A DNA stretch of 64,000 nt from Escherichia phage nieznany. Under the pieces are notes generated by a model. It saw nothing but the letters and a program-made list of their open reading frames with translations. It did no database searches and was not told the origin of the DNA. Shown piece after piece: positions 1 to 8,235 of the stretch; within the stretch, counting starts at the first letter, position 1; every line of letters begins with the position of its first letter. Location of the stretch: sequence record NC_052659.1; one strand, written 5' to 3'. The position numbers were made by a program, and so were the translations under genes.

Positions 1-28
1 ATTTGAATTTCATCGTGTACAATTTTCA

Positions 29-313
29 TCATGCCTTCTCCCGATCTGCATCCAATTTCAACAAGAAGGTTGCATACTCTTCTGAGCCTTGATGCAAGAA
101 CATACGATAAGAACTTACCAGTTTCTTCGTTGTCGTATAACGTTCCATTTCCCCAACAACACCTCCACCTAGTGTGTAGAGCACAATACCTTCAACTCCA
201 ACATGGGTTACTACTTCAACCAAATCTCTGTTATCCCAATAGTAGTTAGGTGACACAATAAGATCTCCCACTGCCAGTTTAATGTTTGCTACTTCGTCTT
301 GTGAATAGTACAT
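29..313 (-). CDS. hypothetical protein (94 aa)
   Basis: Complete minus-strand ORF; GAGGAG-type SD just upstream of the ATG; no recognisable motif. Confidence 0.5.
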   Translation of the reverse strand: MYYSQDEVANIKLAVGDLIVSPNYYWDNRDLVEVVTHVGVEGIVLYTLGGGVVGEMERYTTTKKLVSSYRMFLHQGSEEYATFLLKLDADREKA

Positions 314-325
314 TTTGTTCTCCTC

Positions 326-619
326 TCACATTAAGACACGTTTTGTATCGATAGGTGCATTATCAAACATGTTAAGAACATTGTCAAGCAGTTTTACTAA
401 TTCATTTGTAATTTGTTCTTTTGAACGGGAGGAAGTGAGCACTTTGCTTTCACCAACGATATGCATAACTTTTATAGGGGCATCTAAAATAATGTTGTGT
501 TGACGATCCTCTTCAAAAGAAGCCAACCATTTCTCATTGTTACCGTGCAAGGCTACAATCACACCAAAACCGTTAATTGTTTCAGAAATATTCTTAGTTG
601 CTAAAGTAATGTTCATCAT
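326..619 (-). CDS. hypothetical protein (97 aa)
   Basis: Complete minus-strand ORF coupled to 29-313; diverges from the rightward block at the 620-733 intergenic region. Confidence 0.5.
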   Translation of the reverse strand: MMNITLATKNISETINGFGVIVALHGNNEKWLASFEEDRQHNIILDAPIKVMHIVGESKVLTSSRSKEQITNELVKLLDNVLNMFDNAPIDTKRVLM

Positions 620-675
620 CTACCTCTCTTGTTAATGTTCATACATGATACCTGAAAATAATTTCAGATCAAGTA

Positions 676-703
676 TTGACATACTTTTTAATCTTGTTAA
701 GAT
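676..703 (+). promoter_or_regulatory. sigma70-like promoter (TTGACA-16-TAAGAT)
   Basis: -35 TTGACA 676-681 and -10 TAAGAT 698-703, about 30 nt upstream of ATG 734. Confidence 0.5.
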
Positions 704-733
704 CAACTCCTACCAAACAAAAGGAGAAAACAA

Positions 734-1177
734 ATGCAAAACATCCAAAACATCAAACTGACTTGGCCCGAAGCTAAAGAAGCAATGAAGGAAGGTAGAC
801 GTGTTGAGCACCGCCATTTTTGTGGTGGCGAATGGTTTGAGATGCGAGATGGTGTTATTCTCGACGAACAAGGTTATAACATGGAAACTTGGTTCAGAGG
901 GGAAGCTTGGCAGGAAGAGGGTTGGTCTGTAATTGAAAAAGAAGACAGTAAGGAAGAAGGCGTGTTGTCTAATGTAGAACGCGAGATGAGGGAAACAAAG
1001 ATACCTGCTTTGGATTTTGTATACCTGGAAGAACTTGTGGCAGCATCTTTTGTAGCAGGAAACCTTTGGAATACACCTGTTAGCCGACTGGAGAACCAAA
1101 ATAACCCGTCTACTCGTAATCACAAGCTTTATAAGGGTAAAGGCCACAACAAATTAAAGAAAGGAAAGAAGAAATGA
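734..1177 (+). CDS. DUF2829-like protein (Tad2-like candidate sponge), Lys-rich C-terminus
   Basis: N-terminal LTWPEAKEAMKEGRRVEHRHF resembles the hallmark F/W-x-EALEALKxGKKVxRxxW opening of DUF2829 proteins; AGGAG SD upstream. Confidence 0.4.
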   Translation: MQNIQNIKLTWPEAKEAMKEGRRVEHRHFCGGEWFEMRDGVILDEQGYNMETWFRGEAWQEEGWSVIEKEDSKEEGVLSNVEREMRETKIPALDFVYLEELVAASFVAGNLWNTPVSRLENQNNPSTRNHKLYKGKGHNKLKKGKKK

Positions 1178-1320
1178 TCTACAAAAACAAGTTCACTGGT
1201 TGTCTTCGTAAATTTATCGATAAGAAAGGGTATGTTTCTCTTGACAACGGGGCTACATGGATAGAGAATGGCGCTTCAGAACAATTGATTAAAGCTTTGC
1301 CTTACTACGAGGAGGTTTAA
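1174..1320 (+). CDS. small hypothetical protein (48 aa)
   Basis: ATG overlaps the upstream stop (ATGA) and its stop TAA abuts the next ATG at 1321; below the ORF-track size cut-off. Confidence 0.35.
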   Translation: MIYKNKFTGCLRKFIDKKGYVSLDNGATWIENGASEQLIKALPYYEEV

Positions 1321-1644
1321 ATGTCAAACAGTCTGTTTAGCGTGTCAATTGCACCACGTGTCAATATCCGTTGTCAGTTTGTTACTTTACCTGGTGTAAC
1401 GCATATCACATTAGAATACGATCCTCGCTCACGAGACAACCCAATCACAGGGAAAATTGATTGTGCTTATGGAGACTTTGTTATGGATCACCAAACCCTC
1501 TTATGCTGTGTGCAACGCTTACAGGCAGGATCTTTATACATCTTTAAGAAAACAGTGTTCCAAGAGATTGCTCAAGCAGTTGAAAGCGGTATGGAGACTC
1601 TTAACGTTATGATTGAAGCAGCCAACCAGAAGGAGGTTTTATGA
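1321..1644 (+). CDS. hypothetical protein (107 aa)
   Basis: ORF preceded by GAGGAGG SD; same-strand packing. Confidence 0.5.
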   Translation: MSNSLFSVSIAPRVNIRCQFVTLPGVTHITLEYDPRSRDNPITGKIDCAYGDFVMDHQTLLCCVQRLQAGSLYIFKKTVFQEIAQAVESGMETLNVMIEAANQKEVL

Positions 1645-1898
1645 CACTTTATCACGTAACCACTGAAGGCGATACCGAAGGTCGTACTACGAAAGATTTA
1701 GGGTATGTTGAAGCAGATTCCCCTGAACACGCAATTAATTATTTGCATTCCATCGGTAAATATGCGACTTATGAATATACTATCTACAAGGTTGAAGTTA
1801 GCCCTATACAAGTGGCAACTCCTATGGTAGAGTTGAAACATCTTAAGGCAAAAGTAAGACCTGGTATAGTGTCCGATTACAAAGGGGAAGTAAAGTGA
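1641..1898 (+). CDS. hypothetical protein (85 aa)
   Basis: AAGGAGG SD 7 nt upstream; start overlaps previous stop. Confidence 0.5.
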   Translation: MTLYHVTTEGDTEGRTTKDLGYVEADSPEHAINYLHSIGKYATYEYTIYKVEVSPIQVATPMVELKHLKAKVRPGIVSDYKGEVK

Positions 1899-2107
1899 GT
1901 GGATGGATTAAAGTATCTGGTACCGAGGATGTTCCTATCGGAGAGTGGCTTGTAATCATGGCAAACGGCAAGAAGGGATTCTGTGAAGTTAACAAAACAC
2001 GCAATGGCACGATAGCTGTTATCAATGGTCATTTTTATTTTGACTTGGCACCTGTGATCGCATACCATGCACTACCAACATATAAAGAGGAGATTAACAA
2101 TGGCTAA
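1895..2107 (+). CDS. hypothetical protein (70 aa)
   Basis: GTG start overlapping the upstream stop; operon context. Confidence 0.4.
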   Translation: MSGWIKVSGTEDVPIGEWLVIMANGKKGFCEVNKTRNGTIAVINGHFYFDLAPVIAYHALPTYKEEINNG

Positions 2108-2423
2108 CAAAGAACCACATGTATACACTGCACTGGTAAAGCACTTGAACAAAGAACGTAACAAGATCATTGCAGATTATCGTAAATTTAAACGTAGTAG
2201 TCTAAATCGTAAATACATGCCACATGCAGCTTTTGACGCTACACGTGCAGTATTTCGTGCAAAGATTGCGGAAATGGATAATCTGCTTAAGCTTGCACGA
2301 TTATCTATTCAGGCATCCAAAGTAACAGGGGTCACTCACTTCTTTGACTTCGATACTAAAGCACTATATGCACCAGAAGCAGGTGAACAATTGATTTCTC
2401 TACTTACCAAAAATAAGTGTTGA
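2100..2423 (+). CDS. hypothetical protein (107 aa)
   Basis: Start moved to the in-frame ATG at 2100, which has an AAGAGGAG SD 7 nt upstream (track ORF begins at 2067). Confidence 0.45.
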   Translation: MANKEPHVYTALVKHLNKERNKIIADYRKFKRSSLNRKYMPHAAFDATRAVFRAKIAEMDNLLKLARLSIQASKVTGVTHFFDFDTKALYAPEAGEQLISLLTKNKC

Positions 2424-2448
2424 CTTTTTTCAAAAAATATGCTACCCT
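2420..2448 (+). promoter_or_regulatory. possible sigma70-like promoter (TTGACT-17-TACCCT)
   Basis: Good -35, weak -10; precedes a 140-nt leader containing direct repeats and a hairpin. Confidence 0.3.
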
Positions 2449-2592
2449 AACCCCGAAGGGTCGAGCGATAGCGAGTATAGATTATGTAATAGATTAATCT
2501 CTATCGTTAGATGTTCGAAGAACAGAGATTTAAGTACTTGTTCTTATCGGTAGATGATCGTAAGATCAAGAACAATAATAGGAGAGTGTGTT

Positions 2593-2790
2593 ATGTTAGT
2601 CAGTGAAATACTACCTGACTCTAATGGTAATCAGATCACTGTTGATTGGTTTCCTGGTACTGGTACACTAGATCTAACTGCTGAATGGTCTGGTGATATT
2701 TATGGAGAAGGTGTATTATCATTATCTACAGAACAAATGATCATCCTTCGTGACTTCTTAATTAGTTTAGATCTAGGAGAAAACAAATGA
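2593..2790 (+). CDS. hypothetical protein (65 aa)
   Basis: Start taken at the internal ATG 2593 preceded by AGGAGAG SD (track ORF begins at 2554). Confidence 0.4.
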   Translation: MLVSEILPDSNGNQITVDWFPGTGTLDLTAEWSGDIYGEGVLSLSTEQMIILRDFLISLDLGENK

Positions 2791-3056
2791 GTAAGACTTC
2801 TATCGAGTTTATCGAGAAATCCCCTGTTCCAAAATTATATCGTTTAGATGAAATTGAACCTATGTCTGTTTTCTACTACTACGATTCAGAAGTAAGTGAA
2901 CAAGAACGGGACTACTACTTAGCTACAGATACAGGTGCAGTGTGCTTAACAGGTTCTCGTGCAGGAGAATACATTGTGACTAGTCGTTTTAATGAAGCAG
3001 ACTACTGTTGGGCTAAGGTTGAAACTAAGATTGTCATCAACATCACTAATCATTAA
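2787..3056 (+). CDS. hypothetical protein (89 aa)
   Basis: Start overlaps previous stop; SD present. Confidence 0.5.
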   Translation: MSKTSIEFIEKSPVPKLYRLDEIEPMSVFYYYDSEVSEQERDYYLATDTGAVCLTGSRAGEYIVTSRFNEADYCWAKVETKIVINITNH

Positions 3057-3078
3057 GACTAATCTGACAAAGAGTTAC

Positions 3079-3108
3079 TTGACATGTGCAAAGCTCTTTG
3101 TGTAGAAT
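3079..3108 (+). promoter_or_regulatory. sigma70-like promoter (TTGACA-18-TAGAAT)
   Basis: -35 TTGACA 3079-3084, -10 TAGAAT 3103-3108; upstream of ATG 3139. Confidence 0.5.
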
Positions 3109-3138
3109 AAAGATTCACTTACTAAGGAGATTTTATAA

Positions 3139-3336
3139 ATGGCTACAAAGAAACAGAAAATGAAATGTCTTACTCTCACTGAACTGGGTCAAGCTTCCAA
3201 CTGCGTTACTGTTGGTAAGATTTATTCTACAGTTCTTGATAAAGACAACAACAGTTTTACTTTCAAAGATGATAACGGAAACCCTCAAGTTGGAATCTAC
3301 CCTTCCTGTGCTTTTGGTACTTGGGAAAAAGTGTAA
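3139..3336 (+). CDS. hypothetical protein (65 aa)
   Basis: TAAGGAG SD upstream. Confidence 0.5.
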   Translation: MATKKQKMKCLTLTELGQASNCVTVGKIYSTVLDKDNNSFTFKDDNGNPQVGIYPSCAFGTWEKV

Positions 3337-3379
3337 CTAATTAGAGGGTATACTTGTAAACAAGATTAAGGAGGCATTT

Positions 3380-3553
3380 ATGGGAGATAAACAAAGTAAC
3401 ATCCGTTACGCGCTTTATGGAAGAATGGGTGCAGATTGTGAATGGATGCTTCTGTCGCAACGTATACCCTCTTACAAAGAGGCTCTTGAAAAAAGAGACT
3501 ACTACAAACAAACATGGCGTTTTGTCATTTGTAAACACTATTTGGAGGCGTGA
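3380..3553 (+). CDS. small hypothetical protein (57 aa)
   Basis: ATG at 3380 follows a strong TAAGGAGG SD; stop 3551-3553 couples to the next start; preferred over the overlapping track ORF 3417-3641. Confidence 0.4.
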   Translation: MGDKQSNIRYALYGRMGADCEWMLLSQRIPSYKEALEKRDYYKQTWRFVICKHYLEA

Positions 3554-3861
3554 TGAGTACATTATCATTAGCAGTTACGGTGCACCAGTATTACGAAGAA
3601 GCTGTAAAAGATTCAGAAAATCCATCTACATTAGTATTTGAAGATCGGACTGGTCTTAAATGGGTAGAATCTTGTGGTGAACTTTACTTTTGGTATCCAC
3701 AAGGTTGCACAAGTAATTCTAATTTGTATAGTTATGAACTGGAGTATCGTGCGCCTGTAGACGAAGATGATAATTACATCATGTATTATGTTAATAATGG
3801 TTGCGGTGAAATGTTTAATGTAGTATTCTCTAAAGCCTTGAAGTCCGACGAGGAGATGTGA
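3553..3861 (+). CDS. hypothetical protein (about 102 aa)
   Basis: GGAGG SD; start ATG 3553 (or GTG 3550). Confidence 0.45.
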   Translation: MSTLSLAVTVHQYYEEAVKDSENPSTLVFEDRTGLKWVESCGELYFWYPQGCTSNSNLYSYELEYRAPVDEDDNYIMYYVNNGCGEMFNVVFSKALKSDEEM

Positions 3862-4220
3862 TGAGAAAAGTGCTGTTTGCCTTGCTGTTATTAGCCTCTG
3901 CTGGTGTTTTTGCTCGTGACGGCTTTAAGGTTGGGGCAGATCGCACTAAATTCTTCACATGGTTCGGAGGTGAAGCACTTTACCAAGACGGTAAAGATAA
4001 AATAAAATGTAAGTATGTAGAAACATTAAAAGGTGTGGATGATTGGGGTGATGCTTATCAAGCAACAGGCTTCTCTTGTAAGAAACACCTTTACATTGTA
4101 GTAAAAGAGTTTCAAGATATAAATAAACAACTTTTTATTTTAGTAGATCCTAGCAAATTTGATGAACGGACAGCTTATGAAGTTGACATGTTCTTAGAAT
4201 ACAAGAAGGAGGAAAAATGA
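3858..4220 (+). CDS. secreted/periplasmic hypothetical protein with signal peptide
   Basis: N-terminus MMRKVLFALLLLASAGVFA is a classic signal peptide; GAGGAG SD. Confidence 0.5.
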   Translation: MMRKVLFALLLLASAGVFARDGFKVGADRTKFFTWFGGEALYQDGKDKIKCKYVETLKGVDDWGDAYQATGFSCKKHLYIVVKEFQDINKQLFILVDPSKFDERTAYEVDMFLEYKKEEK

Positions 4221-4579
4221 GAGAAATGATTGTAGATGTTGTTATTAATGGTCAACGTTATGTGCCTGTTGTAGAGAAAGCTGAACCAGATGCTTTAGAT
4301 GTTGTTTTTGAAGACGATGATCTTGGAACTGTTACTGTGCGTGAATATTTCAGACGACTGCTCTCTACACTTTGGGAAGAAGAAGACAGTTTCAGTGGAA
4401 AACGCCCTTTCGGTAACTCTTGCTGGCAGTTCGATTTGATTATTGGTTTGATCGATGCTGGCTACCTGGAAGGTAAAGTTTATCGTGATGAAGATGGTGG
4501 TATAGAAGATACCGACTATGATCGTGAAGAAGCAGATAAACTCATCCAGGGTCTGATCGCACGTATGTGTTTAGGTTAA
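4217..4579 (+). CDS. hypothetical acidic protein (120 aa)
   Basis: AAGGAGG SD; start overlaps previous stop. Confidence 0.5.
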   Translation: MREMIVDVVINGQRYVPVVEKAEPDALDVVFEDDDLGTVTVREYFRRLLSTLWEEEDSFSGKRPFGNSCWQFDLIIGLIDAGYLEGKVYRDEDGGIEDTDYDREEADKLIQGLIARMCLG

Positions 4580-4580
4580 T

Positions 4581-4949
4581 ATGAAGGTATTAAACTTTTA
4601 CCATTTAGGCAAAACAATCCCAGATGGTGCTGTTTATATTGGTAGAGCAATGCCACATATGGGACTAAAAGCCTCTAAGTTTGCAAACCCTTTTAAGTTA
4701 AAAGATGATGAACCACGAGGATCAACTATACAAAGGTATAAAGAGTGGTTGTGGGAGCAAATTCGTTGTGGTAAGATCACTCTTGAAGATTTATTAGAGT
4801 TAGAAGGGAAAGATTTAGTTTGCTTCTGCTCCCCTCAACCTTGTCATGGAGATGTATTGATAGCAGCCGTGGCCTGGGCTAGAAAAGAGTGGGACAAAAG
4901 GCATCCTACTTATGTAGACAATTATTGGATTTGGGAGGAGAATTTTTGA
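4581..4949 (+). CDS. DUF4326-like protein
   Basis: Motif LVCFCSPQPCHGDVL matches the conserved Cys/HGD signature I associate with DUF4326; N-terminal YIGRAMP. Confidence 0.4.
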   Translation: MKVLNFYHLGKTIPDGAVYIGRAMPHMGLKASKFANPFKLKDDEPRGSTIQRYKEWLWEQIRCGKITLEDLLELEGKDLVCFCSPQPCHGDVLIAAVAWARKEWDKRHPTYVDNYWIWEENF

Positions 4950-5299
4950 AAAATATTATTGATGTAGATGTGTTTGGTATCACAACACTACAAGACAAAC
5001 AAGCAACATTGTATTACCATAAAAAAGAGGACCAAGCTTACATCTACATCGGGGCAGAAAAGTTTGGTGTCGGAGATATGGTTTTAAATGTTGAAGGAGA
5101 TCTCCCTTTAGAACAAAAGTTGAAAGTTTTTCGTTTCACAGGAGATGTTAAACTAGACGGCGTTATCGCAATCCTACAAGAAGACCATTATTATATGGTA
5201 ACTTTCGTTACTCCTGCTTTCTCTGGTCTTAATGGAGAAGAAGCTCTTAATGATGTTATTATCTTAAAGATTGGTAATGCTCTAAACGATGTAAACTAA
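4946..5299 (+). CDS. hypothetical protein (117 aa)
   Basis: TTG start at 4946 preceded by GGGAGGAG SD and overlapping the upstream stop (track ORF begins at 4889). Confidence 0.4.
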   Translation: MKNIIDVDVFGITTLQDKQATLYYHKKEDQAYIYIGAEKFGVGDMVLNVEGDLPLEQKLKVFRFTGDVKLDGVIAILQEDHYYMVTFVTPAFSGLNGEEALNDVIILKIGNALNDVN

Positions 5300-5306
5300 A
5301 GGGGGA

Positions 5307-5822
5307 GTGAGTATGTTCTTTGATGCAAATTCTCTTTTTGTATCTACAGCAGGGCAGTCTGCTGTTAATGCAGAATTTGAGGAAAGAGAAGAATGGATTG
5401 ATAATCACAACTACGATCCAAGTAATTTAAACTGGTGCAGTTTGGATGTTGGTAATCTTAGTAGAGATAATGCACTTAGAGCATACTACTCTGTATATAC
5501 TGTTGACAATCTTTATCAATACTACGTGTTTCGTAGTCTTATTGTTAATCTTAATTTAGCTGGACGTTTAAAGAACAATAAGGCATTCACATTGGGACAT
5601 TATATTCCCTTCCGTAAAGGTGGTGTGCATTTTCCATGTAATTGGATTATTCAAACACGAAAAGAAAACAGTTTAGCAGGAGACACCATGCCAAGATTTA
5701 AAGATAAGTGGACATGGGAAAAACAAATGGGATACATTAATGCACATTTGCCACCTAATCTAAAAGAACCTTACGCCAGCAGAGCTAAGGAAATGATGAG
5801 GATTGTCAAGAGTTTTTATTAA
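5307..5822 (+). CDS. hypothetical protein, possible degenerate HNH-like nuclease
   Basis: GHYIPFRKGGVHFPCNW partly matches the HNH pattern H-x-IP-xxx-GG-xxxx-N but lacks the second Cys/His pair. Confidence 0.3.
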   Translation: MSMFFDANSLFVSTAGQSAVNAEFEEREEWIDNHNYDPSNLNWCSLDVGNLSRDNALRAYYSVYTVDNLYQYYVFRSLIVNLNLAGRLKNNKAFTLGHYIPFRKGGVHFPCNWIIQTRKENSLAGDTMPRFKDKWTWEKQMGYINAHLPPNLKEPYASRAKEMMRIVKSFY

Positions 5823-5836
5823 GAGAGGAGAAATAC

Positions 5837-7429
5837 GTGTCTACACAATTGAGTTTTACACCTACCGACGAACAATACGCTATTGAAAGTGGGTATCAAG
5901 AAAATCGTTTCGTTACAATTCAAGCTAAATCTGGATCAGGTAAAACGTCAACACTGTATATGTTGGCTAATGGCACAAATGATAGTATTCTATACTTGGC
6001 ATTTAACAAAAGTATGGCAGAGGAAGCTCGACGTAAAATGCCACCTAATGTTATGTGCCGAACGCTACATTCTATCTGTTATCAGCGTCTTCCACAAAAC
6101 CTTCGACACAAATTATCTCGTCCAGAAGGTCAATATGTTAACGTAGCTGGAACTGGTAGTGAGATTGCCAAAAAATTCAAGATTCAGAACTTGATTGATA
6201 AGAATGGTAAAGTGCTACTGACTCGTGCAATGATTGGGTTAATGGTAAAACAAACTTTAGCTAAATATGAGTTTTCTGACGATGAACATATTGGACATAA
6301 ACATTTTCCTAAAGTGCATATGTCAGATCTTAAACGTAAAAACATCAACGAACAAAAACTTATTAACGAAGTTGTTAAATATGCGAAGCAACTTTGGCGT
6401 GAGCGTATTGATCCTAAATCAGAAACCATTATGACTCATGACACCTATGTGAAACTCTTTGAATTGAGTAAAGAAGATTTAGGATACGATATTATTTTTG
6501 GAGATGAATTCCAGGATGTTAACCCTGCATTCCTGTCTATCCTTCGCAATGCTAAATCGGCTAAACGTATTGTTGTTGTGGGTGATGAATTTCAGAGTAT
6601 TTATCAGTTCCGTGGAAGCCAGAACATGATGAAGCAAACAGCTACATATGGGGTTGAGTTGCCTCTGACAGCTTGTTTTCGCTTTGGTCCTAAAGTTGCG
6701 GACATTGCTAATGCGATCCTTTCTGATCGCTCACCTCTGAAGCATCCGCTGGTAGGAAAAGGTTATGATACTGTCACTGGAAGTTTTCATTCTGATGTGG
6801 TAGATTATAGTAAACCTTACACCATTATTTTCCGTAAAAATTTGACTCTGTTGCTCGAAGCTATGGACCGAATTGCTAACGGAGAAGAAATTATTATTAA
6901 CGTAGATACCAAAGACTTCATTTCTATGGTTGATAGTGTTAATGCTTTACGTAGAGGTGATTTGGACAAAGTTAAGCATGAGACAGTTCTACCTTACACT
7001 TCTTGGGAAGAATTTGTAGAGTGTGCAGAATCAGATCCTGATGCAAAACGACTTTTAAACATTGTTGTTTCTGGTAAAGCTAATAATATTGCATACACTC
7101 TACGTATGCACCGTAACTCTCCAACGGCTAAAGTTACTTTAACTACAGCCCATAAATCAAAAGGTTTGGAGTGGGATCAGGTTATTGTTGCAAATGACTT
7201 CCCTTCCAATTATGATAAGAAGGGTGAGTGGGTAGGTCTTGAAGAATCAGAACGAAATCTTCTGTATGTTGCACATACACGTTGTATTAAATGTCTGCAA
7301 TGGAACCGGACTGTTCAAGAGATTTTAGACATGCATCGTTTAGGTAAGAGCACGGCTCCTGTATCCGAAGAAGATAAGCTCATAGCTGCCCTTGCTCGTA
7401 AGATTAATCAAATCAGAGAGGATCGTTAA
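5837..7429 (+). CDS. UvrD/Rep/PcrA-like superfamily 1 DNA helicase
   Basis: Walker A AKSGSGKTST, motif II GDEFQD, motif III VVVGDEFQSIYQFRG; GTG start with GAGGAG SD. Confidence 0.8.
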   Translation: MSTQLSFTPTDEQYAIESGYQENRFVTIQAKSGSGKTSTLYMLANGTNDSILYLAFNKSMAEEARRKMPPNVMCRTLHSICYQRLPQNLRHKLSRPEGQYVNVAGTGSEIAKKFKIQNLIDKNGKVLLTRAMIGLMVKQTLAKYEFSDDEHIGHKHFPKVHMSDLKRKNINEQKLINEVVKYAKQLWRERIDPKSETIMTHDTYVKLFELSKEDLGYDIIFGDEFQDVNPAFLSILRNAKSAKRIVVVGDEFQSIYQFRGSQNMMKQTATYGVELPLTACFRFGPKVADIANAILSDRSPLKHPLVGKGYDTVTGSFHSDVVDYSKPYTIIFRKNLTLLLEAMDRIANGEEIIINVDTKDFISMVDSVNALRRGDLDKVKHETVLPYTSWEEFVECAESDPDAKRLLNIVVSGKANNIAYTLRMHRNSPTAKVTLTTAHKSKGLEWDQVIVANDFPSNYDKKGEWVGLEESERNLLYVAHTRCIKCLQWNRTVQEILDMHRLGKSTAPVSEEDKLIAALARKINQIREDR

Positions 7430-7681
7430 ATGGCAGGGTATCACATAACAAATATTAAGAAGCAACCTTATGGCAGTATAGAAAAGATTAAAGAGGAAGT
7501 AGAAGAACTTTTTGATGCTGTTGAACAGGATTGCAAAATAATGCAACTTGTTGAATTGTCAGATATTATAGGTGCTGTCGAGGGAGTTTTAGAACAACAG
7601 TTCCCAGGTACGACTTTACAAGATTTGATCATTATGTCAAACATTACTAAACGTGCGTTTCGCACAGGAGGAAGGTCATGA
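7430..7681 (+). CDS. MazG-like nucleotide pyrophosphohydrolase domain protein
   Basis: EEVEELFDAVEQ followed by ELSDIIGAVEG fits the two acidic helices of the MazG fold; 83 aa. Confidence 0.4.
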   Translation: MAGYHITNIKKQPYGSIEKIKEEVEELFDAVEQDCKIMQLVELSDIIGAVEGVLEQQFPGTTLQDLIIMSNITKRAFRTGGRS

Positions 7682-8235
7682 ACACAGGTGTGATTGCCGA
7701 AGCCATCCAGAGTTATGGACGCTTTGCTGAAATGTTAGATGTTCCTTATTTAGTGGATGCAGATATTTTGGCATTCACACTGCCACCTGGCAAAGAAGAT
7801 GCTCCTTTGGGGCATCCTAATGGGAAGTTTTATGTTGCCAGTGCCGAGCAATCATTCTTGCAAATGGAAAAGGATGGCTACGAGTTTATCGCTGGTCATC
7901 CCTACATGGCCCTGACACCATGTTACCGCACAGAGGAAGTGTTGGATGATTCTCACTTCAACATCTTCTTGAAGCTGGAGTTGATTGAGTTCTATCCCAG
8001 CTTTGGTGAAGTGAAAGAGTATGCCGAAGAAATGCGATACTTCTTCTGGACCTACTACAAAGTCCAAACAAGAATTGTAGAAACAGAAATAGGGCTTGAC
8101 GTGGAAGACATGAATGGTTTAGAATTAGGGTCATTCGGAACAAGATTGTCCCCACAAGGTCATCCATATATTTATGCAACAGCCATAGCCGAACCTCGTG
8201 CATCTATGGCAATTAACAGGAGGAATCATGATTAA
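7678..8235 (+). CDS. hypothetical protein (185 aa)
   Basis: Coupled ORF; no recognisable motif. Confidence 0.5.
   Translation: MNTGVIAEAIQSYGRFAEMLDVPYLVDADILAFTLPPGKEDAPLGHPNGKFYVASAEQSFLQMEKDGYEFIAGHPYMALTPCYRTEEVLDDSHFNIFLKLELIEFYPSFGEVKEYAEEMRYFFWTYYKVQTRIVETEIGLDVEDMNGLELGSFGTRLSPQGHPYIYATAIAEPRASMAINRRNHD

Noticed and set aside
2452-2553. Possible tRNA (GTTCGAA T-loop-like motif near 2505)
   Set aside because: No acceptor or anticodon stem could be built around it; the region is better explained as a leader with repeats and a hairpin
3417-3641. 74-aa track ORF
   Set aside because: Replaced by the 3380-3553 frame, which has a strong SD and clean start-stop coupling; the track ORF overlaps both neighbours out of frame
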